From the IMG/VR virus record IMGVR_UViG_3300023218_000003, positions 1 to 64,000 of that record: DNA of 64,000 nt; one strand, given 5' to 3'. Below the pieces are notes generated by a model. It ran no database searches and was not told where the DNA came from. It was given only the letters and a program-made list of their open reading frames with translations. Every line of letters starts with the position of its first letter. Position 1 is the first letter of the stretch. This document shows, piece by piece, positions 37,033-46,654 of the stretch. The position numbers were made by a program, and so were the translations under genes. The stretch is from a virus. Taxonomy: Duplodnaviria; Caudoviricetes.

Positions 37033-37506
37033 ATGAACATCACTGCTTCTGCTTCACTGAATCTATACGCAGACATCACGCCCGCTGATGCGCTTGCGTC
37101 GAACCTCTATCGCATCGGCTTCAGCGGCACGACGCTGACGATTCCGTCTGCTGCCGATCTGATCTACAGTCGCGCGATCACGACTTCGAACGGCGTCGCG
37201 AAGACGCTTGAACCCGACACGAACACGCTTGAAAGCGAAAGCGATCCGCCGACGAACCCTGACGGCGAAACTGTCGCGCTTGCGACCGTGTATGCGATCG
37301 TCTTGCAGAACGCTGACGACACGCTGTCGGCGACATACGCGTCTTCGAACATGGGCACTGAAGAAATGGGCGGCACGCTTCAGCCGGGGGCCGTTCACGT
37401 GCATCACTTCCCCGCAGGGCTTTCGATCGGCGCGACTGCTGCACTCGCGATCACGGGTCAGTCTGGCACGCCCGTCGTCAACGTGCTGTTCATCGGCGCT
37501 GAATAA
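37033..37506 (+). CDS. Probable virion structural/decoration protein
   Basis: T/A/G-rich beta-type composition, own late promoter motif, next to capsid gene. Confidence 0.5.
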   Translation: MNITASASLNLYADITPADALASNLYRIGFSGTTLTIPSAADLIYSRAITTSNGVAKTLEPDTNTLESESDPPTNPDGETVALATVYAIVLQNADDTLSATYASSNMGTEEMGGTLQPGAVHVHHFPAGLSIGATAALAITGQSGTPVVNVLFIGAE

Positions 37507-37562
37507 TTCTGCACGCGTCAGAACGACTTCTTCTTCGCTGTGTCGTTCCAAGCTGCGAAATG

Positions 37563-37595
37563 AAGCGCGTCAGTCTTCGAGCTGGCGCGCTTTTT
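37563..37595 (+). terminator. Rho-independent terminator
   Basis: GCGCGTCAG..CTGGCGCGC stem followed by T5. Confidence 0.7.
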
Positions 37596-37724
37596 CGTTT
37601 CTGCATTTGAAAATTTTTTCAACTGCAGAAACTTCTGGACACGCATTCGAAACGCAGAACGCTGTGAATGTCGAAGCCGTAAAGTGCGGCGACACAGAAC
37701 AAGCAACCGTATTCGAACAAACGA

Positions 37725-39479
37725 ATGAAACTGACCAAAAAAGAAGTCGAACGGATGCGTGAACTGAACGCGAAAGCGTCTGGCGACCGCACTGACGACG
37801 AAAAGAAAGAACTGTCCGGTCTTCTCGCGAAGGCATCTGACAGCGGTGACGACATCAGCAAGCTTCTTGCTTCCGATTTCGACATCGACGAACACTTCAA
37901 GAACGCACGCAATGTCGATCTTGAAGACGACGGCGATGACGCCCTGACCGCTGACGCTGTGAAGCAGCTTGTCACGGAAAGCGTCACGAAAGCAATCGAA
38001 GGCAAAGGCGTCACCGACGACGTCGTGAAGTCGCTGACCGATCGTCTCGACTCCCTTCAAAGCGTGAAGCCCGAAGACATCAAGTCTGAGATCAAAGACG
38101 TGCTTGGCGATGGCAACAGCGCCGACGTCGACATCAAGGCTGCGATCGAAGAAGGGCTGAAGAACTTCAAGCCCGAAGGCAGTGTGTCGAAAGACGACTT
38201 CGACAAGGCGATCGCCGATCTGAAGAAGTCGTTCGTCAACAAGGGTCAGAAGAATCAGTTCAGCGGCAACGTCGGCTTCGTGCCTGACGGTGTCGTCGTC
38301 GAATTCCCGACCGAACATCGTGCGGGCAATCTGAACGTCGCTGAAAAGCAGCTTCTGAACGTGATGATGAACGCGACTCCCGGTCTGAAAGAACATCAGA
38401 TCGTCGCGCTTCAGAATGACGGCATCCCCGAAGCGACGCTGAAGTATGCCGCCGCAAGCGGACATCGTCAGCTTGAATCGCTTCGCAAGTCGATTCTTTA
38501 CGGGCAGAAGACGCTTGTCACTGGGTCTGCGAACAACGGCGCTGAACTGATCGCCACCGATCTTTCCAGCGAACTGCTGAATCGCATGTATCTGGATTCG
38601 CCGATGGCGTCTGAATTCGTCGCAAGCGAAATCGACATGCCGACCCCGTCGTTTCAGCTTCCGATTCGCACGACTCGCCCGACGTTCTACAAGGGCAGCG
38701 AAAACCCCGGCAGTAACCCGACCGAATCTTCTCCCGGCACTGACAACGTCACGCTGACGGCGCAGAAGCTGATCGGTCGCACGAACTTCAGCTATGAAGC
38801 CGAAGAAGACGCGATCGTCCCCGTGCTTGGCATGGTGACTGAAAACCTCGCTTCTGCTGCGGCTGACGCGCTTGAAGATGCGATCATCAACGGCGACACT
38901 GCCGGAACGCACCAAGACAGCGACGCGACGTCTTCGGGTTCGATGACTCTGTTCAACGGCATTCGAAAGCTTGCCCTCGGCGGCTCGCTTGATCGTTCGC
39001 TGTCGACCGGCGGCATCAGCGACACGAACATTCTGACGCTGAAGAAAGACATGGGTCGGTGGGGCATTCGTCCGAACGAACTGCTGATCGTCTGCGGCGT
39101 GAAAGGCTATGCTGACTTCGTCGGTCTTGCCGAAACGCTGACTGCTGATCTGACTGGCGCTGCGGGCACTGCACGCATCAACAGCGGCATGGCCCCGACT
39201 CTGTTCGGGTCGAAGATCGTCGTTTCGTCTCGCGTTCGCGAAGACTTGAACGCTTCGGGCGTCTACGACGGCAGCACGACTTCGAAGGGTTCGATCTACA
39301 TCGTGCATCGCCCGTCGTGGATCATGGGTGTTCGCAAGGGCTTCACGGTCGAAATCGATCGCGACGTGCAGCAGCAAGTCAACATCGTCGTCGCTTCGTT
39401 CCGTCGCGACTTCAAGCCGATGGAGACGCCGTCTGCTTCTCTGCCCTACGTCGTCATGGGCCGCGATTACGATTCGTAA
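37725..39479 (+). CDS. Major capsid protein (HK97 fold) with long N-terminal scaffold/delta domain
   Basis: NGAELIATDLS, TLTAQKL, LEDAIINGD, position after protease, strong terminator downstream. Confidence 0.88.
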   Translation: MKLTKKEVERMRELNAKASGDRTDDEKKELSGLLAKASDSGDDISKLLASDFDIDEHFKNARNVDLEDDGDDALTADAVKQLVTESVTKAIEGKGVTDDVVKSLTDRLDSLQSVKPEDIKSEIKDVLGDGNSADVDIKAAIEEGLKNFKPEGSVSKDDFDKAIADLKKSFVNKGQKNQFSGNVGFVPDGVVVEFPTEHRAGNLNVAEKQLLNVMMNATPGLKEHQIVALQNDGIPEATLKYAAASGHRQLESLRKSILYGQKTLVTGSANNGAELIATDLSSELLNRMYLDSPMASEFVASEIDMPTPSFQLPIRTTRPTFYKGSENPGSNPTESSPGTDNVTLTAQKLIGRTNFSYEAEEDAIVPVLGMVTENLASAAADALEDAIINGDTAGTHQDSDATSSGSMTLFNGIRKLALGGSLDRSLSTGGISDTNILTLKKDMGRWGIRPNELLIVCGVKGYADFVGLAETLTADLTGAAGTARINSGMAPTLFGSKIVVSSRVREDLNASGVYDGSTTSKGSIYIVHRPSWIMGVRKGFTVEIDRDVQQQVNIVVASFRRDFKPMETPSASLPYVVMGRDYDS

Positions 39480-39524
39480 TCGACGCACAAGATTTCGTCG
39501 AAGATTCCCATCTGACGAATCACG

Positions 39525-39556
39525 AAAACCGTCGTCCTTCGGGGCGGCGGTTTTTT
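39525..39556 (+). terminator. Rho-independent terminator with UUCG loop
   Basis: AAAACCGTCGTCC-TTCG-GGGCGGCGG-TTTTTT. Confidence 0.85.
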
Positions 39557-39595
39557 CGTGTTGACGATGTCACAAGAATCTGACACATTCTGATC

Positions 39596-39799
39596 ATGCA
39601 CATCACATCACGCATCAATCGCTGGAAAACATCTGACATCAAGATTCACAAAGACTCTGCTGGCTACTTCGAAGCAGAACACAAGTTCGCAGGTCGTCTG
39701 ATCGACTGGGAGTATTTCGAAACGCGCACAGAATGCAGACGCGCAGCAGTCGAAGTCTTGAAAGAACTGAAAGCTGAAGACGAACTGTCTTCGATCTGA
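39596..39799 (+). CDS. Hypothetical protein
   Basis: ORF just after promoter-like element 39561. Confidence 0.55.
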   Translation: MHITSRINRWKTSDIKIHKDSAGYFEAEHKFAGRLIDWEYFETRTECRRAAVEVLKELKAEDELSSI

Positions 39800-39818
39800 T
39801 CAACATCGACATCACATC

Positions 39819-40097
39819 ATGAAAAAATATCACACGACAGAGAAGGGACGCGTCGTCGTCGTTTCGAAGAACAGCGACACGAACGGCTACATCATGACGT
39901 TCCCGAACGATCAAGAAATGCACGTGCAATTCTGGTGGAACAGCAGCGTGCGTTCGTGGTATGCAGCAGCGCACGACGACAACGGTCATCAAGTCGGCGA
40001 AAGCGAATTCTGCTATCTGAAAGAAGACGCGATCGACAACGCGCTTCGCATCGTTGACGCGATCGTCGACAACACTTTCGAACCGAACTGCTACTGA
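39819..40097 (+). CDS. Hypothetical protein
   Basis: A/C-rich leader. Confidence 0.55.
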   Translation: MKKYHTTEKGRVVVVSKNSDTNGYIMTFPNDQEMHVQFWWNSSVRSWYAAAHDDNGHQVGESEFCYLKEDAIDNALRIVDAIVDNTFEPNCY

Positions 40098-40279
40098 TGC
40101 CAGCGACACTGATCAACACGGGCACGTTCGCGCTGTTCGACGCAGCGCGCGACTGTGTCGTCTTCTGGAAGTCGAAGCACGATGAACTGAACGTGCGCGC
40201 TGCGATCTTGTCAGCGTGCGAAGCGTCGTGCTGGATCGACGACACGAATCAACTTGAATGGCGAAGAATCGAATCATGA
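40097..40279 (+). CDS. Hypothetical protein
   Basis: TGATG-coupled small ORF. Confidence 0.45.
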   Translation: MPATLINTGTFALFDAARDCVVFWKSKHDELNVRAAILSACEASCWIDDTNQLEWRRIES

Positions 40280-40902
40280 AGCGAAACAAGAAGAAGAAAG
40301 CACGTGCTGCGATGATTCGCGCACTGAAGACGGGCAACGTCGAAGAAGCACGCGTCAACGAATGCGGCGACTGCGACTTCTGCTGTCACGCGCCTGCGAT
40401 CGCAGCAGACGTGCTGAACGAAGAAGAACTGAAGCTGCTTGGCGGCACGAAAGCAGCGTGCGTGAAGTGCAAGCACGCGAACAACGGCTGCGCTGTCTAC
40501 GATCAGCGACCGACACTGTGTCGCGAATACATGTGCATGTTCGCGCTTGGGCAGTGCGAACTTCGACCCGACGAATCGCGCGTCGCGTGGACACTTCAGC
40601 CGACTGACGCGCGTGACATGCGACCCGTGCTTCTGATGGGTCACTGCTTCGACGTCGAAGAAGTTCTGACGATCGAAGAAAACTTGTCGATGATCGACAG
40701 CGCGCTGAACAACGACATGATCGAATTCGTCGTGCTGCGCACAGACAAAGAAGCGTGGTGCTTTCAGCGAAACAGTCTTGTTCACAAGATCAAGATCGAT
40801 CAGAACGACCCGATCAAGATGCGCGTGTTGCCGCACACAGAAACGACAGCGCGCTTCAAGCTGCTTGATGATGACGACGTCGCTGCTGAACGTCTGACAT
40901 GA
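40258..40902 (+). CDS. YkgJ-like CxxCxxCC Zn/Fe-chelating protein
   Basis: CGDCDFCC..C..C.VYDQRP.LCREYMC. Confidence 0.7.
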   Translation: MAKNRIMKRNKKKKARAAMIRALKTGNVEEARVNECGDCDFCCHAPAIAADVLNEEELKLLGGTKAACVKCKHANNGCAVYDQRPTLCREYMCMFALGQCELRPDESRVAWTLQPTDARDMRPVLLMGHCFDVEEVLTIEENLSMIDSALNNDMIEFVVLRTDKEAWCFQRNSLVHKIKIDQNDPIKMRVLPHTETTARFKLLDDDDVAAERLT

Positions 40903-41411
40903 ACACGCGTCGCATCAGAGTCGGCGGGCGATGGCGCGGTGAAAAGCACGTCGTCACGCAGAACGATCTGTCGAATCCCGAACTTCCCGCGAAGCTTGTG
41001 ATCGGCAAGATGAACAAGCGCGACGAAGACGGTCATCTTCTTGACGCGTATGCGAAGCGCACGACGCAGTTCTATGTCGTCATCGATCGACTTCGAATGC
41101 GCGCATACGACAGACGACGCACGCAGCAGTTCGTTCATCGCGGCGTCAGACTGACGATCAATCGATTCGCACAGCGCGAAGAAATGCTGACAGCAGTCGA
41201 AGCGCTTCAGCGTGTGAAAGACCCTGTCGACGAAGTCAGCGGCGTCGGCTTCAAGTTCGAAGACGTGTCGCTTGTGAAGTGCCCGCAATGCAAGGGGCGC
41301 GGCAGCAGAGAAGAACACGAATGTCCCGACTTCTATCGAAAGCCTTCTGATCCCGTCAAGTCGTGTCACTGCTGCGCGCAGTGTCGTGCGATCTGCGAAT
41401 CGCCGTTCTGA
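40899..41411 (+). CDS. Hypothetical protein with C-terminal Cys cluster
   Basis: CPQC..C..CHCCAQC. Confidence 0.55.
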   Translation: MNTRRIRVGGRWRGEKHVVTQNDLSNPELPAKLVIGKMNKRDEDGHLLDAYAKRTTQFYVVIDRLRMRAYDRRRTQQFVHRGVRLTINRFAQREEMLTAVEALQRVKDPVDEVSGVGFKFEDVSLVKCPQCKGRGSREEHECPDFYRKPSDPVKSCHCCAQCRAICESPF

Positions 41412-41640
41412 TCGCGTTCATTGCTGTGAACACAGTCGATTCAGCGTTTGAAAAAATTTTCAAGAAAATGGTCGAATGACGTTGACGATCGAACAAAAAA
41501 GCGCGATGATCATGTCAGATGAAGAACTTGCTGCTGACAATCGCGCTGATCCTGCTTTCGCTGAATTGCGACAGCGGCTATCGCGCACAGCACGAAGCGC
41601 TTCGTCAGAATCAGAACATCACATCAAACTGAACATCATC

Positions 41641-42123
41641 ATGAATCCCTATGCACCCATCAACCCGCACGCACGCAAGACTGTCGACGCTGACTTTCAA
41701 CTGAAAGCGCTGACAGCGGGCAACGCGACTGTCACGATCAAGTCGAAGTCGACCGACGAACGACGCACGTTCAAGATCAAAGCGAAAGACGGCGAAGAAG
41801 ATTTCTTCTTCGTTCAGCTTCTGACGGGCAGCGACAACAGCGACTGGCGCAGCTACAGCTATCTTGGGCTGATGACTCGCGACAAGTCGACGGGTCTGCT
41901 TGACGTTCGTCTGACTGCGAAGTCGTGCGTGAAAGATCGCAGCAGCGTCGCGTATCTTGCGATCGCGTGGACGCTGCGACAGCTTCAGACGAAGCCGCAG
42001 AACGTCGCTTCGCAAGTCGAAGTCTGGCACGAAGGGCGCTGCTGCGCGTGCAATCGCAAGCTGACTGTTCCCGAGTCGATCAAATCGGGCTTCGATCCTC
42101 GCTGTCTCGCGAAGCTTGGCTGA
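41641..42123 (+). CDS. DUF6011-like Zn-finger phage protein
   Basis: LTGSDN..YLG..EGRCCACNRKLTVPESI.SG..C. Confidence 0.65.
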   Translation: MNPYAPINPHARKTVDADFQLKALTAGNATVTIKSKSTDERRTFKIKAKDGEEDFFFVQLLTGSDNSDWRSYSYLGLMTRDKSTGLLDVRLTAKSCVKDRSSVAYLAIAWTLRQLQTKPQNVASQVEVWHEGRCCACNRKLTVPESIKSGFDPRCLAKLG

Positions 42124-42180
42124 ACTTCAACACAGCGCGCGTCAGTTCGACTCTGACGCGCGCACAACGCATCACACGAC

Positions 42181-42456
42181 ATGATCAGCGAAAACATCAT
42201 CACAAGCATCGCAGCGCACGTGCGCGCGTGCTACACGCAGCACACTGACGCGTGGGCACTCGACTTGAAGCCGTTGATCAGATCACGCGCTGCTGAACTG
42301 ACGACGACTGAACTGCGCGTCGCGTTCGAAACCTACAGCGGGCAGCAGATGCATCCCGGCGTTCAGCGCGAACAGATCATTCAGACGCTTGACGGGCATC
42401 TGAAGCACTTCATCACACAGAACATCGACCCGCGCACAGGCGCGTCACTGACATGA
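42181..42456 (+). CDS. Hypothetical protein
   Basis: ORF after GC hairpin and A/C leader. Confidence 0.5.
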   Translation: MISENIITSIAAHVRACYTQHTDAWALDLKPLIRSRAAELTTTELRVAFETYSGQQMHPGVQREQIIQTLDGHLKHFITQNIDPRTGASLT

Positions 42457-42548
42457 CTTTCGAACTGACAGCACTGATCGTGACGATGATCGTCATCGTC
42501 GCTGTCGCTGTCGTAGGGTTCGCAGAAATCAACAGAACTGATCCATGA
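42453..42548 (+). CDS. 31-aa single-pass membrane peptide (not in ORF track)
   Basis: MTFELTALIVTMIVIVAVAVVGFAEINRTDP, ATGA-coupled on both sides. Confidence 0.55.
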   Translation: MTFELTALIVTMIVIVAVAVVGFAEINRTDP

Positions 42549-42814
42549 AGATTGCGAAGAAAGACATCATCGGTCGCGTCGTTCGATTCGATCGCTATCG
42601 CGGCGACGAACTTCCCGGCCCGTTCAAGCGCGACGAACTTGTCGAAGTGCTGCGCATCATCGAAGAAGAAGAAGTCGGCAGCTTGATCTTTGCAGAGACG
42701 TTCGAATGTCGCAGTCTTCGCACTGGCGAAGAAGACAGTTTGCTGCGTCAAGAATTCGTCGTGCCGAAAGTCGCACTGAAGTTTCCCATCAAACCACACG
42801 TCATCGAACTATGA
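42545..42814 (+). CDS. Hypothetical protein
   Basis: Coupled ORF. Confidence 0.5.
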   Translation: MKIAKKDIIGRVVRFDRYRGDELPGPFKRDELVEVLRIIEEEEVGSLIFAETFECRSLRTGEEDSLLRQEFVVPKVALKFPIKPHVIEL

Positions 42815-43035
42815 AGAAGAAGAAGCAAGAACTGACGCACGGCAATCAAGTCGTGTTCGCACGTAGCGGCAGCTACGATCACGGGCTGACACACACGATC
42901 ATCGACACTGCGTCGACGACTGGCGACAGCGACAAGAAGCGCAAGCGCATCTTCAGATTGCGCGGCAGCGACAAGAAGATTCGCTTCGGCGGTGAACACG
43001 AACTGCGTCGCGCGACTCGCGCTGAACGCTACTGA
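42811..43035 (+). CDS. Hypothetical protein
   Basis: Coupled ORF. Confidence 0.5.
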   Translation: MKKKKQELTHGNQVVFARSGSYDHGLTHTIIDTASTTGDSDKKRKRIFRLRGSDKKIRFGGEHELRRATRAERY

Positions 43036-43059
43036 CAATTTATCAGTGATGTGATAATT

Positions 43060-43120
43060 GACGGGGTGATGCCCGTCACAGAAGCGTCATCGTCCTCGGG
43101 CGATGGCGCTTTCTTTTGCG
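43060..43120 (+). ncRNA. Hairpin (GACGGG-GTGATG-CCCGTC) plus terminator-like hairpin; paralog of 24588
   Basis: Preceded by TGTGATAAT (extended -10-like); second stem GCGTCATCGTCC/GGGCGATGGCGC then TTTCTTTT. Confidence 0.45.
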
Positions 43121-43158
43121 CTGGCGTCGACGCTGACAGCGTGCTACTGTCTCGATCT

Positions 43159-43578
43159 ATGGAACGACGTGTTGAATACATCGCAGACGAACCTGATCGT
43201 GTGGGCCGTTTCGGAACGCTGAAGAAAGGCGACGTCATCAAGGTCGACGAAGTCGAGTATCGCGGCTGTCTTGAAGCGCCGCACAAGTTCAAGCCCGTGC
43301 GATCGCGAAACGTCGACGCTGATCCCGAAGAAGAATTCACGAAACACGATCGACCGATTGCGTCGCCGTTCTTCGATCTTCGCACGATCAGATGGAATCG
43401 CGGCGACTGTCTTCGTCGACTGAAGATGAAGCCGAAGAAGACGCTGATCAAGATTGCACGTGCGATGCAAGACGTCAGCGGCGTTCACGTCGACTTCGAC
43501 TTGCGCGCGACACGCAAGCACATCGCTGAATCGATCTTCAACGTCGCAATGCGACACGACTGGCCGAACAGATCATGA
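43159..43578 (+). CDS. Hypothetical protein, N-terminus paralogous to 35277 gene
   Basis: DRVGRFGTLKKGDVI vs DRIGRFGTVKTGDTI. Confidence 0.55.
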   Translation: MERRVEYIADEPDRVGRFGTLKKGDVIKVDEVEYRGCLEAPHKFKPVRSRNVDADPEEEFTKHDRPIASPFFDLRTIRWNRGDCLRRLKMKPKKTLIKIARAMQDVSGVHVDFDLRATRKHIAESIFNVAMRHDWPNRS

Positions 43579-43787
43579 TTGTCATCGCATTCGCAGCGTT
43601 TCTGTATCTTCTGCTGATGCTCGCTGCTGCGTGCGTCGGCATCATCGTGTGGGCGATCTTCTTCGCGTGGTGGCTTCCCGCTGAACACACGCGCGAAGTC
43701 GCTTTCTTCTTCGCGCTGCTGTTCGCACTTCTACAGCACAGCAGATTCGTGCGCGACACAGACGTTGAAACAATTTTCAAATCATGA
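43575..43787 (+). CDS. Small membrane protein
   Basis: Two hydrophobic segments. Confidence 0.5.
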   Translation: MIVIAFAAFLYLLLMLAAACVGIIVWAIFFAWWLPAEHTREVAFFFALLFALLQHSRFVRDTDVETIFKS

Positions 43788-43984
43788 ATGAAGCAACAGT
43801 CAGAAATCTGATCGATCAGTCAGGGCTTGATTCGTCTGATCGTGTCGAACTTCACGCACGCGTCACGAAAGCGGCTGGCGACACAGAACGTCTGCGCACG
43901 ATTTACGACGAAGTGAATCGTCGCAAAGGCGGCGTGACGAAAGGCTATCAGACGAAGAAGCAGCGTCACTTCGACACGCGCTGA
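43784..43984 (+). CDS. Hypothetical protein
   Basis: ATG 3 nt after palindrome 43765-43780. Confidence 0.5.
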   Translation: MNEATVRNLIDQSGLDSSDRVELHARVTKAAGDTERLRTIYDEVNRRKGGVTKGYQTKKQRHFDTR

Positions 43985-44024
43985 TCGTGCTGGACATCGC
44001 AGCAGAAACGCTGCAACGTGACGC

Positions 44025-44645
44025 ATGGCTGTCACTGTCCCGCTGAACAAACCGTATTGCACTCTGCTTCAGCTTCAGAAAGAACTGAAGAACACTGACG
44101 CAGACGAAGAAGATACGATCAAAGACTGGCATCACGACTGCATCAATCGCGCGTCGCGACTGATCGACGAATACTGTCAGCGCGACTTCTGGTATCACGA
44201 TCGCACTTCGGGCGGTGACGGCGTGCTTGAAGTGCCGAAGCAGTATGTGAAGAGACGTCACATCTTCTTGCCGTGGCCGATCATCACGATCAACACGATC
44301 ACGCTTGATGACACTGCATGGGACGCAGAAGACTTTCGCGCGAACGTCGGCGAATCGCGCATCACATACTACACTGACATCAGCTTCGTTGACTTCGAAG
44401 ACAACGACTGGTTGACGATCGACGGCACGTTCGGCTACACGATCGCAGATACGACGCAGCCGCCGACTGACGCGACGTTTCCCGAAGCGATTCGTCGTGC
44501 GTGCATTCACATCGCAGCAGCGCTGACGGGAGACATGCGCAAAGAAGTTCAAGCGCTTGACGGTTCGAAAGTGTCGCTTCTCGACACGCGCATTCCGCCC
44601 GAAGCAGCGAAGCTGTTGAAGCGCTTCAAGCGAAGATTCTGGTGA
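44025..44645 (+). CDS. Head-tail connector/adaptor protein
   Basis: YCTL.QL..INRASRLIDEYC..P.AIRRACI pattern, position. Confidence 0.7.
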   Translation: MAVTVPLNKPYCTLLQLQKELKNTDADEEDTIKDWHHDCINRASRLIDEYCQRDFWYHDRTSGGDGVLEVPKQYVKRRHIFLPWPIITINTITLDDTAWDAEDFRANVGESRITYYTDISFVDFEDNDWLTIDGTFGYTIADTTQPPTDATFPEAIRRACIHIAAALTGDMRKEVQALDGSKVSLLDTRIPPEAAKLLKRFKRRFW

Positions 44646-44646
44646 C

Positions 44647-45129
44647 ATGATTCAGATCACGATCGAAGACGAACGCGCTGAAAAGATTTTCGACGGTCTG
44701 CTTGATGCGATCGATGATCGACGCGTCAACGCGCTTCTGTTCAAAGAAGCTGAAGTCACACGCAAGCGTCTTGTCGAACAGACGCCGAAGAAATGGACGG
44801 GACAGACGCGCAGAGAATGGCGCACTGCGCAGATCATCGGCGGCTGGACGATCACGAACGATTCGAAAGTCATGCGCTTCTTGGAGAAGGGAACGAAAGC
44901 GCACGGGCCGAAGCGTGCGAAGATGCTCTACATTCCGAAAGTGCCGCAAGCGATGTATGGCTATCAGAAAGGCTTCGTCTTCGGCATTCACTACATCTTG
45001 AAGAAGCGCGTGCGCGGCATTCGTGCGATGAAGATCGTCGAACGAGAACGACCGCTTGCGAAAGAACGACTGCTTGATTCGATGGTCGATCATCTGAAAT
45101 ACTACATCGCGAAATCACTAGCCGCCTGA
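44647..45129 (+). CDS. HK97 gp10-like neck/tail completion protein
   Basis: TPKKWTGQTRREW, FLEKGTKAH. Confidence 0.6.
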   Translation: MIQITIEDERAEKIFDGLLDAIDDRRVNALLFKEAEVTRKRLVEQTPKKWTGQTRREWRTAQIIGGWTITNDSKVMRFLEKGTKAHGPKRAKMLYIPKVPQAMYGYQKGFVFGIHYILKKRVRGIRAMKIVERERPLAKERLLDSMVDHLKYYIAKSLAA

Positions 45130-45133
45130 CGAC

Positions 45134-45682
45134 ATGCCCGAACTGTATCAAATCGAAATGTATGTTCGACCCTACTGGGAAATCGAACGACGCCTGACGT
45201 ATCACTGCCGCGACATCGACGGTCGCATCTGCCGCAAGCTGAACTTCGATCGTGAAGGCGTCAACGAAGCTGACGGTGCTGAAGACTTGCCGTATATCGT
45301 GCCCTACACGATGTCTGACACTGAAGTCATCGGCGCGGGCGCAGTGCCCGACGAACTGACTTCGGGTTCATCGAACGTGCAGATCACGCAAGTCTTTCAG
45401 TTCATGATCGCGAGTCGTCGCGAATACGGTCTTGTGCGTGACGATCCGACGACGCAGCCGTCGCGCAAGAAAGGCATTCTTGAATGGATCGGATGTGTTC
45501 GCGACGCGATCGAAACAGACACAGACGACACGAAAGACCCGCTGCTGAAAGAAGCTGTGTTTCGCCCTGTCGCGTTCAGCATCACTGATCTTGCGGTGAC
45601 TGAACTTTCGTGGCAAGCGATCATGCGCGCCGAATGTGCGATCCCGCACTGGTCGCGTGCTGGAAGAACTGAAACAGATTGA
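45134..45682 (+). CDS. Putative tail terminator/completion protein
   Basis: Position between gp10-like and tail-tube genes. Confidence 0.45.
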   Translation: MPELYQIEMYVRPYWEIERRLTYHCRDIDGRICRKLNFDREGVNEADGAEDLPYIVPYTMSDTEVIGAGAVPDELTSGSSNVQITQVFQFMIASRREYGLVRDDPTTQPSRKKGILEWIGCVRDAIETDTDDTKDPLLKEAVFRPVAFSITDLAVTELSWQAIMRAECAIPHWSRAGRTETD

Positions 45683-45751
45683 CGAAACTTTTTTCTGGAC
45701 ACGTCTTCGAAACGTCGCAGACTGATCGTGTAACAATTCTTCTTCACTGTC

Positions 45752-46102
45752 ATGCCTGCTGCAACCGTTGTCGGAACATCGCTATCTTTCGGAGTCGCAT
45801 CCGATGAATCTTCACTGACGACACAGTCTGTGTCTGTCACGAACAAAGCGGACAAGAAAGAAGCCCGCGACAAAGACGGCGGCGTCACTGCGGTCGCCTA
45901 CTACAACAAGACTTCTGAAATCAGCATCGAAGGTCTTGGCACGTTCAGCGGTGCGTCGACGAACATCGGCACGACTCTGACGATCAGCGGCACTTTCGAT
46001 CTTGCTTCTTCGACTGTCTATCTTGACGAAGTCACGATCGAACAAGCGAATGAAGAATTCGTGAAGACTTCGCTGAAAGCGACTGCATACGAAGAAATCT
46101 GA
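45752..46102 (+). CDS. Putative tail tube (major tail) protein
   Basis: Small T/S/G-rich beta protein with own late promoter, upstream of chaperones and tape measure. Confidence 0.6.
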   Translation: MPAATVVGTSLSFGVASDESSLTTQSVSVTNKADKKEARDKDGGVTAVAYYNKTSEISIEGLGTFSGASTNIGTTLTISGTFDLASSTVYLDEVTIEQANEEFVKTSLKATAYEEI

Positions 46103-46175
46103 TGACGAACTTTCGCGGCGGCAAGCATAGCGTCTTGTCGCCGTTATCAGCTACGCGCACGACGCGTCACAAGAC

Positions 46176-46652
46176 ATGCCACAAGCAAAGCAGCAGGGGC
46201 CGCTATTCGACCTCGATCACGACGAACTGAAAGCGGGCGACACTGTCGTTCATGTTCGCGATACGAAACTTGCCGCAGCACTGATCGCTGTCGGCATCCC
46301 GCTTCGACACGACCCGCCCTATACGCACATCGAACGTGCTGACGGGCAAGAAATCTGGACGTTCTGCTTCTACCCGTCAGATCAAGACGGCGAAGTCACG
46401 ACTGCTGAATGCATCGAAGCGTGGAAGCGCGATCTTGACTTCATCGCTGAATATCCGCTGCACCCGTTCAGCTTCGCGATGGCAGCAGTCAAGAACATGG
46501 ATCGACTGCATCATCACATGACTGAAATCGATCCCGAACCGCAAGTCGCGTTTCGTGTGCCGACTGAAGACGGCAAGTCGGGCACGATGCTGCTGAAGAA
46601 GAATTCGAAGAAATACAAGGCAGCGATTCGTCGCGGCTTCAAACAGCTTTAA
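46176..46652 (+). CDS. Hypothetical tail-module protein
   Basis: RDTKLAAALIAVGIPL. Confidence 0.55.
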   Translation: MPQAKQQGPLFDLDHDELKAGDTVVHVRDTKLAAALIAVGIPLRHDPPYTHIERADGQEIWTFCFYPSDQDGEVTTAECIEAWKRDLDFIAEYPLHPFSFAMAAVKNMDRLHHHMTEIDPEPQVAFRVPTEDGKSGTMLLKKNSKKYKAAIRRGFKQL

Positions 46653-46654
46653 TC

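Noticed and set aside
37518-39488. Long minus-strand ORFs (also 54493-56223, 8233-9438, 692-1858 and others)
   Set aside because: Shadow frames of real plus-strand genes; codon bias makes antisense stops rare, and the translations lack motifs.
46116-46145. Hairpin after the tail tube gene as a terminator
   Set aside because: Stem present but no U-tract; function not supportable.
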